Assembly (NCBI GenBank): GCA_963796275.1
Contig: CAWCKY010000006.1
Location: 2,688,001-2,752,000, forward strand
Source of the DNA: an uncultured Acidobacteriota bacterium
GTDB lineage: Bacteria > Acidobacteriota > Blastocatellia > RBC074
Reading direction: 5' to 3'
DNA length: 64,000 bases
Both the position numbers and the translations under genes were made by a program. Shown in pieces: positions 51,883 to 62,800 of the stretch. The notes under the pieces were generated by a model, which saw only the letters and a program-made list of their open reading frames with translations, ran no database searches and was not told the DNA's origin. The stretch's first letter is position 1. Each line of letters starts with the position of its first letter.

Positions 51883-54800
51883 GTGTTCCTGTTTGCGTTG
51901 GCCATCGCGATCCCCGTCTGGCCGCAGGCTTCGAACAGTACGGTTCGGGGCTCAGTTGCCGATATCCAGGGGGCGGTCATTCCCAACGCGAGGGTGATGT
52001 TAACGAACACCGCAACCGGTGTCGTTCGCGATTCAATCACAAACAACGCGGGAATATACGTATTTCCGGGTGTAACTCCCGGTCCTTACCGGGTTCGTAT
52101 TGAGCAGTCAGGATTCCAGACTTTTGAAGGTGTGCTGACTGTTCAGGTCCAGCAGGACGCCTCCGTCGATGTGGTGATGCAGGTCGCCGGCACCGTGACC
52201 TCGGTGGACATTTTGGATGTGACGCCGATGGTGAACCAGAGTTCGCCTTCTCTGGGTTCCTCGCTGGAGCGCCAGCGCATCGAACAACTGCCAGTGAACG
52301 GCCGCGGATACCAGAATCTGCTGGTCACTGTTCCCGGCGTACAGTGGTCCTCCCATGGCCACGGTATAGGCGGCATGATACGCGGGAATGGGCTGCGGAG
52401 CGGATCGAACACTCTGGTTGTCGATGGTGCGGCGCAAAACGAGGTTTGGGAGGGCTGGGACGTGGCCCGGCAGCCCAGCTTGGATGCGGTGGAAGAGCTT
52501 CGTGTGGAAGTGAACAACGCGTCGGCGAAGTTCGCGCGGCCGACTTCCGTAGTCATGTCAACCCGCTCAGGTACCAACCAGTTTCACGGCGTCATCTTCT
52601 ATACAAATCGCAACAGCGCCTACGGCGTAGCTCGCCGGCGCGAGGATTCATTCACCAAGCCGCCGTATGTGAACCGCAATGAATATGGCGTTTCCCTTGG
52701 TGGGCCGGTGATTATTCCCAAGCTCTACAACGGCCACAACCGCACCTTCTTCTTTTGGAACTGGGAGCAAACCCGCTACCTAGCCAATACGACGACGCGA
52801 ATGTCGGTTCCCACGGCGGAGATGCGTAACGGCGACTTCCGCGGGCTGGTTGACGCGCAGGGCCGCCGTTACACGTTGTACGATCCTTTCACTACTACGC
52901 AAGGCACCTGGTCGCGCCAGCCGCTTGCGTATAACGGGGCACAGAATGTAATCGATCCTGCCAGGATCAGTCCGGTGGCGAAGTTTCTCTTTGACCACAC
53001 CGCCCTGCCGACGCATCCCGACATCAATCCGCTCGTCGATGCCAACTGGATCGGGACGTTCCGTCGTCCGCTCGTGCAGGATACGCGCAACATACGTGTC
53101 GACCACCGCATCTCCGACAACGACCTCGTGTTCTTCCGTTTCGCCTACAATCAGCACTACGAGCAGTATGGCGTCAACAGCGCGCCGTATCTGCCAGTAG
53201 ACGGCTTCCGTACCATCGAACAGACAACGCGCTGGTGGCCCAATCACACACTCTCGGGAACCTGGAATCACACCTTTTCTCCGACTCTTTCGAACGAGGT
53301 GATGATCAGCGGTTTGCGCGACTGGCATAACCGCGGAGCGGGCGACAACCGTACGAATTACGCCAGGTTACTCGGTCTGCCGAATCCGTTTAGCGCTGTC
53401 AACTGGCCGGTGGTCGACGGCATGAACTTCGGCATAACCGGTTCAACTTACAGCCTCGGCGGTGAACAACCATTCTATCTCGTCAGCAACATGATCACGG
53501 CGCAGGACAACGCCGTGAAGGTCCAGGGAGCGCACGAGCTGAATTTCGGATTGCAGTTCAAATTCGAGGACGTGCCGAAATCGATCGTGTCGGCAGCCGG
53601 GAATTTCAACGTCGACACGGGAACCACAGCACTCTACGATCCGTCGTCGACACCTCAGAATCCGATCTCGACTCCCTTCACCGGGCATCCGATCGCCAAT
53701 TTGTTCCTCGGCCAGATGAACTATGCAACCACGTTCCGGCGTCCATGGGCATTTCTGCGCCGGCAGGAGTATGCGCCCTATTTTCAGGACAACTGGAAGG
53801 TCAACCAGCGCCTGACCCTGAACCTCGGGTTGCGCTATGAGTTTCGTACGCCGCTGCATGACAAGAACGGCTTGCTGACCAGCTTTTCACCCGAGCACAG
53901 GGCATATGTCATTGGCTCGAGCGTCGAAAACTTCCTGGCCAAGCAGGCGACCCTGCCGGCCAATCTGAACTCGTTGACCGCATTCGGAGGCAAAATCATC
54001 AGCTATAAAGAAGCTGGCCTGCCGGAACATCTGGTTTACAACAATTGGAAGCAGTTCGGGCCGCGGCTGGGTTTCGCCTTCCGGGCGCTCTCAGGAGCAA
54101 AGGAGTTGGTCATCCGCGGCGGTTATCGAGTCTCTTATTACACGCAGCCGATCGCGGACTGGTTCGGCAGCCAACAGAACCAGCAGATTGTTTCGGCCAG
54201 TTTCCAAAACAGCATAACGAACACGGCGCTTTCGCCGGACAGACTGCCGAACTACGGATTGCGGTCGGTACCCCGGTATATCGCCGGTGTCAATACGGCA
54301 GATGACTCCATCATCAACATCAACGACACGCGCACCATCGCTCGCGGGTTTACCGCAATTCAGATCGATCCGTATCTGACCGATCCCAGAGTGCAGGAAT
54401 GGAACTTTACCTTCGAGAAAGAGATCGCCAGTAACATGGTCGCGCGACTGGCGTATGTCGGAAATCGTACGACCAATATCCTGCAGATCATCAATCTTAA
54501 TGAAAGCGTTCCCGAATACATCTGGTACAGCACTCGCGGGACGCCTCTGCAGATCGGGGAATTTTCGGGCGTGGAGCGGCGGCCCTACGATCAGCAGGTC
54601 TACGGCTCCGTCAACCGGCTGGCCAGCACGGGCTACGCCAACTGGAACGGGTTCCAGGCTGAGTTGGAGAGACGTTTCAGCAAAGGCCTGGGTTTTCAGA
54701 TCTTCTACATCACCGGCAAAGCGCTGGCTGCGACCGGGACGATCCAGCAGATTGACAACTTCCTTCCGGGCGCCGTCCCAACGGACTTTGACGAGCGCAA

Positions 54801-55572
54801 TCGCTTTCTGAACTATCAACTTGATACAACTACTCCGCGGCATCAAGTGCGCTGGAACTGGATCGCGGACATTCCAGTAGGGAAGGGAAAGCGTCTTGGC
54901 CACAGCATTCCGGGCTTCCTGGACAAGATTATCGGAGGCTGGCAGATCGCCGGGACGGGCAACTGGAGAACGAATCAAGTCAGTTTGCCGACCAACTACT
55001 ATTCCACTGGCACGCCTCTCGAAGTATACGGAGAGAAGTACAAGATCGAGGACTGCCGTAGCGGCGTGTGCTTCCCCGGATTTCTATACTACAACGGCTA
55101 CATTCCCGCGAACCGGATCAACAGCGTCGACGCGCAGGGCCGTCCAAATGGCGTGATGGGGATACCGGAGAACTACAAGCCCGCCGTTGCCCCTCTGATC
55201 CCATGGGGCTCCACAACTCTGCCCGCGAATGCGCCGGCGAACACCGATCTGAGCCAGTTCTGGGATTCCAACAGCGTTTGGGTTCCGCTCAATAACAACA
55301 CGGTTCAGCGGGTCAGCTACAACGACAACCTGGTGCCGTGGCGCAATCAGTACATACGCGCACCCAATCAGTGGTTTATGGATGCATCCCTTTTCAAATT
55401 CACCAAAATCACCGAAAAGGTCTCGCTCCGGCTGAATATCGACATCTTCAACGTTTTCAACAACCCGAACAACCCGACTGTCATCTCCAACACGAACGAT
55501 GGCATTCTCACTACGCGTAATTCGGGGAGTCCGGCTCGCGTGATGCAGATGAGCGTTCGCCTGATTTTCTAA
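51883..55572 (+). CDS. TonB-dependent receptor, Oar-like, with carboxypeptidase-regulatory-like N-domain
   Basis: QLPVNGR, TRSGTNQFHG, NEYGVSLGGP, YFQDNWKV..LTLNLGLRYE, FGPRLGFAF motifs and C-terminal Phe. True start may be ATG 51849 with an indel. Confidence 0.92.
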   Translation: MFLFALAIAIPVWPQASNSTVRGSVADIQGAVIPNARVMLTNTATGVVRDSITNNAGIYVFPGVTPGPYRVRIEQSGFQTFEGVLTVQVQQDASVDVVMQVAGTVTSVDILDVTPMVNQSSPSLGSSLERQRIEQLPVNGRGYQNLLVTVPGVQWSSHGHGIGGMIRGNGLRSGSNTLVVDGAAQNEVWEGWDVARQPSLDAVEELRVEVNNASAKFARPTSVVMSTRSGTNQFHGVIFYTNRNSAYGVARRREDSFTKPPYVNRNEYGVSLGGPVIIPKLYNGHNRTFFFWNWEQTRYLANTTTRMSVPTAEMRNGDFRGLVDAQGRRYTLYDPFTTTQGTWSRQPLAYNGAQNVIDPARISPVAKFLFDHTALPTHPDINPLVDANWIGTFRRPLVQDTRNIRVDHRISDNDLVFFRFAYNQHYEQYGVNSAPYLPVDGFRTIEQTTRWWPNHTLSGTWNHTFSPTLSNEVMISGLRDWHNRGAGDNRTNYARLLGLPNPFSAVNWPVVDGMNFGITGSTYSLGGEQPFYLVSNMITAQDNAVKVQGAHELNFGLQFKFEDVPKSIVSAAGNFNVDTGTTALYDPSSTPQNPISTPFTGHPIANLFLGQMNYATTFRRPWAFLRRQEYAPYFQDNWKVNQRLTLNLGLRYEFRTPLHDKNGLLTSFSPEHRAYVIGSSVENFLAKQATLPANLNSLTAFGGKIISYKEAGLPEHLVYNNWKQFGPRLGFAFRALSGAKELVIRGGYRVSYYTQPIADWFGSQQNQQIVSASFQNSITNTALSPDRLPNYGLRSVPRYIAGVNTADDSIININDTRTIARGFTAIQIDPYLTDPRVQEWNFTFEKEIASNMVARLAYVGNRTTNILQIINLNESVPEYIWYSTRGTPLQIGEFSGVERRPYDQQVYGSVNRLASTGYANWNGFQAELERRFSKGLGFQIFYITGKALAATGTIQQIDNFLPGAVPTDFDERNRFLNYQLDTTTPRHQVRWNWIADIPVGKGKRLGHSIPGFLDKIIGGWQIAGTGNWRTNQVSLPTNYYSTGTPLEVYGEKYKIEDCRSGVCFPGFLYYNGYIPANRINSVDAQGRPNGVMGIPENYKPAVAPLIPWGSTTLPANAPANTDLSQFWDSNSVWVPLNNNTVQRVSYNDNLVPWRNQYIRAPNQWFMDASLFKFTKITEKVSLRLNIDIFNVFNNPNNPTVISNTNDGILTTRNSGSPARVMQMSVRLIF

Positions 55573-55909
55573 AATAGGTATACAGGCTAGGTAGCGGGGG
55601 GCCTGAACCCCTCGTTTCTCTCTGAACAGAGAAGACAAATTGGGGACATACTGAATGTCTAGCAGAATCCGACGCAAACCAGGCCGGGTTAAAGCCCTGC
55701 TTCGGACTCGCCCTCTTCTTCGTCTGGGCGCAGGAGGGCTTCTCTCCAGCGCAGGAAGATTCTTTTGCGAAAACACTCTATCCGGTATTGGAGAGGGCAG
55801 CCTACCAGTCATGCCATAATCCCGACGGCGTGGCTTCGGTTACGCGCCTTCAGTTTCCCGAACCGGATGCCGGTCCCGACCATATTGAAGCCTTCGGCAG
55901 ATCGCTCGT

Positions 55910-56710
55910 CTCCCTCGTCGACCGCGACAGAGAAGAAATTCAGCGGATTGCTCACGTTTTACGCCGGCCACTCTCGATAGGTGTTGTCGCCGGTAGTAGT
56001 GTTGCGCCGGCTGGTCATCCATTCGCGCAGCGTGGTCAGACTGAAGTGGTCTGGCAGCGCGTTGACATTCTTGACGTCGTCCGGCCCCCCGGCACCGGTG
56101 TCTTGGTGTCGACGCCCTCTTTTAAGGGCAAGATGTGTAATCCTTGCCCCACACCGAAAGCGGCACCAATTTGTACTGGTCCTGCAGCGCATGGACAGCG
56201 GTGTAGTTTTCAGGGCCGCCTATGTACGTGCGTCCGCCGACCAGCACGAGGTTCGTCGGCACTCGGAGTTCCGTCACGCCGGCTGGATGCGTTCCTTTCC
56301 ACTTGAAGCCAACGATTGCAAAGTTGCCGCCTTTGCTTCCGACCGTTCGCGAGCCGGGTGCATGCGGAACGTTGTTCCATGCATCTATAAGCTGCATGAT
56401 CCAAAAACGATCGCCCATCTCGGGAATCGAGATGACCATTGGCTCTTACGAAAGATCCAGGTTCGCCAGAGAGTAAAGTGTGTCGACATTGAAACCGACA
56501 ACCGTTCTATTCGTGGCATCGGGGAATTCTCTATCGTGCACGAATTGGTTGATGGGCGCCTTGCCTTTCTTGACGCGGGAGACATGACTGGCGGTGTCGA
56601 GCTGTAATTCGATATAGACGAGAGGCATGCCAAACACCCAGGCGTCCTGGGCGATGGCCCTTGCCTCATCGGCAGATATTTTCCGTATTTCTTTGTTCTT
56701 TTGTTTTCAT
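55910..56710 (-). pseudogene. DUF1254 family remnants (third copy fused to a fragment of a fourth)
   Basis: DAWVFGMPLV, NVDTLYSLANLDLS and DAWNNV motifs. After KTPVP (~56090) a second copy of an earlier segment appears (DDVKNVNALPDHFSL versus ENYTAVHALQDQYKL). Confidence 0.65.
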
Positions 56711-56744
56711 AATCTGTCACTTCTTCCAGTTATTTGTTATTTCA

Positions 56745-58076
56745 CTAAACACGCTTCACCGCCGGCAGCCGATAGGAGCCGTCGAGCACGGAAGTTTTAG
56801 GCTCGTAGAAGCGCATCGTCACGTTGAACAAGTCGGCCGGCGCAGGAAGCCAGTTGGACGTATCTTCCGGCTTCTTATTCTGGATATAGATAGTCAGCGA
56901 ACCGCCCGGATTCTCCTTCAGCCCGTCGGTCGTAATGCCGATGCTGTAGCGACCGAAATCGTTTTCGACGAAAAGCATATCGGCGGCATACATCGCCAGA
57001 TTCCATAAGACGGAAACAGGAGGCTGTTTGCCCTTTTCGAAATGAATGATGTACTTGTTCGCCCCGTCGAGCGGTTCGTTTTTGTCATCGACGGCGCAGT
57101 TGGGATAGATCACCTGGTCGCTGAGCTGCGCTCCAAGAACGTATTTCGCCAATGCCGCTCGCAACGCGAGATCATGACCGGCGCGGCCTCCGGCAAGCGT
57201 GTAGCGCCAGCCGTTGGTCGTTTCACCTGTTGAGGCCCACGCCGCATCGACGATCTGCTCGCCGGCATTCACCGCCCGCGCCAGGTCGGCTCGTCGAGAG
57301 TCGCGAATTCGAAACCTTTCCCGACGCTGAGACCGATCTTGTGGAAAGAGGCGACGAGTGTGTCCGTCGAATCGACCGAGGCTGGAAGTGCGGTTCGCAT
57401 CGTACATCCAAGCGCTTCAAAAAATCCTAGTTCCGCCGGCGCCTTATGTGTCTGAGATTCAATCATGCCCTTTTCGGGAGATTTATAGTTAAGGCCCTGG
57501 CTAAGATAAGCAGATAAAAGGCATCATCTGGAATCCTTTTTGCTCCTCTACGGCGGCAGGAAGATCGGCTTCACCCTTGACGAAAATACGAACGGCGGCT
57601 ACGCCTATTTTTGTACGCGAGCACAACTGCACCATTTCACCGGGTATAGGGCCGTTGAAATCCGGGCCGGTAATCACATAGACACCGGGCTGCTGGCCCT
57701 TTGTCCCGCCGATGTTGTGAAATATCTCGTCGAAAAGGTCACCGAGCTGCACGATATACCAACGATCCTCGACCAGCTTCGGAACGAAGATGACAGCTGG
57801 CTCGCTGGTTACATCGAACGTCGCGTAGGCATCTACCGTCACGTTGTTTGGGGTAACCACGAACCGGTCCTTCGCGGTCTTGAGCGCTGGAAACTTACGA
57901 AAAGCATTTAGTTTGACTCCTCCGACTTTTAAGGATTCGGGTAAGGTCCGTCCATATTCGTACAGCGGAAAGCCCCATAGATATGCCTGCACACCCAATG
58001 TGTATGCCGCTTCTTCACGGGCATGCTCCGCGGACATAGCTCCAGCGGATCTCTCAGTTTTTGCTTTGTTAGCCAT
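56745..58076 (-). pseudogene. DUF1254/DUF1214 protein, frameshifted
   Basis: QAYLWGFPLY, VVTPNN, LDGANKY, PPVSVLWNLAMY and NWLPAP...TMRFY over three ORFs. Confidence 0.75.
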
Positions 58077-58117
58077 AACATTTTCTCCTGGTAAAGTGTT
58101 CTGTTCCTTATCTGAAT

Positions 58118-59429
58118 TCAGCCGATTTTCTCGATGTCGGGCAGCACCCAGGTCTTCTCGAAAAGCGGCTTCTCCGGCCCGTAGAAGCGAAAGAGCGCTT
58201 CGAATCTGCCCTTGGCGTCAGTTGGGACCCAATTCGACTCTTTTCCTTTGGGAGCTTTGGGTGCGAAATACACGTCCACCGAGCCGTCGGCATTGGTCAC
58301 GAGACCTGGCGACTGTGACGAACGGCTGGCGTGCGGCATATTGCGGATAAGCGCGTGTGTAGCAAAGTCGTAGAGCACGGTCGACCAATACTGGTTCACG
58401 GGAGGATTTGCGGGTACATGCAGACGATAGGTTGAGGCACCGTCAAGCGGGTTGCCGTCCCTGTCGCGACTGACGAACAGGTAGAACTGCCCGGTGCCGA
58501 GGTGCTTAATCGTACTGTAGGCGAAATAGAAGATCGGCCCACGGGCGTCGACCGGGTAGGAGTCAGGCGTTTTGAAGCCCGACTGAAGGGACTCCACGAA
58601 CTCGTGGTCAGCCGGGATGAACCAGCGCGTGCCTTTGTTGTAGGGCTCGTAGCCTGTCTCGTAGTGCAGATCGAACAGGGCGAGGGCTTCCTGAGCGGCC
58701 GTTTTTAAGGTGTCCGCGGTCTTGTCGTCCGGCTTGAAGGGCTTACCTTTTTCAATGCCGAGCGATTTGAGCGGGTCGATCATTGCCCGGTCACGCTCCA
58801 GCCATGGCTCGTATTGCACTATTCGGTCGAGCGACTGAAAGAAGCGCACATCATAAGGAATGACACCATCGACCACGACGTTGATCGCGTCGACGAAGGT
58901 CGTCTCGGGCGGTTTGGCTGCCTGCGAGAGCGGATAGAGCTTGATCCTTTTGCCGTACTCGACCGCCTTGGCAATATCGGCATCGCCCCGGCTCTTGAGG
59001 ATGGAGCGAAGCAGCGCGTAACCTTGATAAGTAAAGGATGGCAGGTGGATATAGCCCTGGGGAACCTTGTCCTTGTAATCGGGCGGGGTGATCAGGTATT
59101 TGCCGCCCTTGCCCTTATCCGCACCGGCGGGCCCTACATCTTCGAGAGCCATCTGCCAGCAGTCCATGATGGTTCCGGTGATCGAGCCGTCGTCCGCCAG
59201 CGGGATCTCGATCACGATCGGGCCGACGTCCTTCGTGCTGAAGAACGGCATGAAGTAGATGGTGTCGGGGTTTGGCGTCAGATACTGGTTTTTCCAATCC
59301 GACAAGCCGGACCAGAAGAGTATCTGGTTCACGGTGCCTCTGGCCTTGACCATTTCGCGCACAGAAGAAAGGCCGACTAATAGAAACGTGCCCAGTAGTT
59401 CCAACCGGGAGTGAGAGGCTTGTGAACAT
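58118..59429 (-). CDS. DUF1254/DUF1214 protein with damaged, shortened N-terminus
   Basis: WKNQYLTPNPDTIY, GADKGKGGKY, PPVNQYWS and SNWVPT...FRFYGP motifs. ATG 59429 with RBS is out of frame, and the usual first helix (WGMP) is missing. Confidence 0.75.
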
Positions 59430-59860
59430 TTCGTTTAATGACGACTCCTTTATTGAGTTGGAGGAGCGAACCACGGACCATACTAGGAGCCACGAAGGAT
59501 TGAATTTCTTTTGTTGGGGGTCTAAATCATACATGTCCTCAAGACATGCGTAGGCGGCTGATAAGTCGATTCAGGTAAGCTGGGAATCCCGACAATCGGC
59601 CCATTCTGCTCCAAATCATCCTAAAAAGGAGGAGGGGCTAATTCTCTATCAATTATAGTGTAATACCTCGATTATAACAGAAAGAACGCAAAGTCAGCTT
59701 TCAAGCACCACCAGAGCCAGGCAAAGGGAGACAATTAGGCCAGAACTTCCTCGAAGAATATCTTCATTGCGATCCAGGATCATCGGTCGGCTGTGGCATT
59801 TTCTGGCATCGTGCATCTAACATCTATTTCTCAATTGCTCTTCCGCGGAGATAAGTCGCA

Positions 59861-62800
59861 TTATGAATTTTGACCCATGCCGAAGTGCTGCGTCAGGCTT
59901 CTGATAAGCGCCATCAACTCCCCCAGATCAATCGGTTTTGTGACAAACATCTGATAGCCTGCCGCGATCGCACGGGCAGCATCCTTTGTACTGGCGAATC
60001 CAGTCACTGCCACTGCCGGGATATTACCTCCACGTTCATCAGGCAGCGACCGCACTTGTCTAATGAGGTCGTAGCCATCCTCGCCGGGCATCCCGATGTC
60101 GCTCACCAGTACGTCTGGTTGCCATTGCTCCAGTATTTCGAGCGCTTCACGGACTGTAGCGCCGGCTCTCACTTCGGCGCCGTGCTTATTGAGTGCCATG
60201 CTCAACAACATACGAGTATCCAGGTTGTCATCTACCAAGAGCGCCCGCAAACCGGTAAGCAAAGCGGATTGCTCGGCCGCGTCTTTATCCTTCTCCTTGG
60301 GACCCGTATCTGCCGATGTCGTCAGGGGCAATACTACCTTGAAGGTGGCGCCTTGACCTGCTCCCTCAGTCGATGCACTGACTTGCCCGCCGTGCGCCTC
60401 GACCAGATGGCGCACGATAGTTAATCCTATGCCCAGTCCGCCGTGGCGCCTGGTCATAGAGGCATCCGCCTGACGGAACGGGGCGAAGACGTGGGGCAGA
60501 AATTCCGGACTAATTCCCTCGCCGGTGTCACGCACGATGATCGCTGCCGACGCCCCGTCTCTTTCCAGCCGAGTCTCGACGTACTCGCCTTGAGGCGTAT
60601 ATTTGATGGCATTGGAGAGCAGGTTCCAGACGATCTGCTGCAAGCGGGTGGCGTCTCCCAACACGAGTCCGGCCGTGGGATCGAGCTCCAGCCGCAGTTC
60701 CACCCCCTTTGCCTCCGCTGACGGTCGCACGGCCTCCAGGGCAGCCTCGATCACCGGAATAAGTTCAACCGGGCTCTGCTCAAATTGCAGCTTGCCCATA
60801 CTGATCCGCGAAGTATCGAGCAGATCGTCGACGAGTCGGTTTTGCGCCTTGGCGTTGCGCTCGATCGCTTCCAAAGCCGGTGCGACTTCGGCCTCCTCCA
60901 GGTTGCCCCAGCGCAACATCTGAAGCCAACCCAACATCGCATTGAGCGGCGTGCGCAGCTCGTGCGAGACGGTGGCGAGAAACTCATCTTTGATGCGATT
61001 GGTCTTTTCGGCCTCGCCGCGGGCCTCGGATTCTCTGCGTAGCAATTCTTCTCTTTCGATCTCGATGCGCTTGCGTTCGCTGATGTCGCGGGCGATTTTC
61101 GACGCGCCGATGACTTTTCCGCTTTTATCTCGAATGGGCGAGACCGTCAGCGAAATGTCAATCTCGCCGCCGTCTTTGCCTCGGCGCACTGTTTCGTAAT
61201 GGTCGACGCTCTCGCCGCGCCTGATGAGTTCGAGTATGTACGATTCTTCATCTTCCCGTTCCGATGGAATGAGAATCGTCACCGGCTTCCCAATGATTTC
61301 CGCAGCGGTGTATCCTAGCAGTTTTTCCGCCCCCTCGTTCCAACTCGTAATAATTGCATTCGAATCCGTGCCGATGATGGAGTCGTCGGACGATTCGACG
61401 ATGGCCGCCATTTGAGCTATCACTGCTTCAGCGAGCTTACGATCGTGAATGTCAAAAGCGCTGCCGACATAGCCCTTGAACTCGCCGCCCTCGAAGCGCG
61501 GCATACCGACCGAATGCATCCATCTGTACTCGCCGTCGCGCCGTCGGAAACGGAACTCGGCTTCAAAGCGGACGCGGCCGGAAACGGCTTCGCGGTAGGC
61601 GTTAACGTAAGCTTCGCGGTCTTGGGGATGAACGAATTCCGCCCACTTATCGCCGAGAACCTCCGCCTCGCCGACGCCGAGAAACTCCAGATATTTGCGA
61701 TTGGCGAACTCACAGCCGGTCGGGCTGTTGAGCCAGATCAGCACGGGCGCGTCATCAGCGAGTGTTCGGAAACGCTGCTCGCTCTCACGCAACAATTCAT
61801 CGGCCTGCTTACGCTCAAGCAGATCGGCGGCCTGCCGCGCCAGCACGTCCAGCAGGCGGAGGTCGCGCTCCGAGGGCTGATGAGGCCGGCGCCAGTAGGT
61901 AGAGATCATGCCCAAAAGGCGCCCGGAGCGTGAGATCAGGGGTGTGGATTGCACCGCCCGAATGCCCGCCTTGCGATAGGCCTCCAGCGACGGCGTGCCG
62001 ACGATGAAATCACAGGTCCCCACGTCAGCCACGATCACGCGATGGCCGACCCGCCTGGCGGCGTTGCAAGTGGTCTTTCTGTCCCGGCGGTTCAACTCAA
62101 ATACCCTGCCAAATTCCGGCCCGAATCCACGAAAGGCCAGCATGCGGAGCGCGTCCTCACCTTCATCGACAACCTGCATGCTCGCCATGTCTGATTGCAT
62201 GACGGCCATGGCGGCATCGAGGACTTGCTCATACAGAGACCCGATATCGCCCTCGTAAATCATTCGGGTGCTGATTTCCTGGAGCGCCTGAGTGGCGGCC
62301 AATTCCGCGGCCAGTCGCCGTTCGGCCTCGCGCCGAAGGCGCGACATTTTGACGTGCGTCTCGACCCGGGCGACCAGTTCACGGGCGCTGAACGGCTTGA
62401 TAAGGTAGTCGTCCGCGCCAGCCTCCATGCCCTCGACCCTGCTCTCCTCGCCGGCGCGCGCGGAGAGCAGGACAATCGGGATCTCGCGGAGTTTCGGATC
62501 GGCGCGCATCTCGCGCAGCAGGCCGAAGCCGTCTAGCCTGGGCATCATAACATCGCTGAGCACCAGGTCAGGCGGGTTGGCGCGTGCCGCCTCCAGTGCG
62601 GCTTGCCCGTCGGAGATCGCCTGCACATCGCAGCGCCCGCCCAGCAAGCGACTGACGTACTCGTGCATGTCAGTGTTGTCGTCCGCCCAGAGAATGCGGG
62701 CGCGCCGGCCTTCGGGCTGAATATCCGGAAGATCGCGATCAGAACCCGCCAAAGCGGGCGCGAAGGTCGGCTCCCCCGAGTGCCTGCTGTCATCCTCCGG

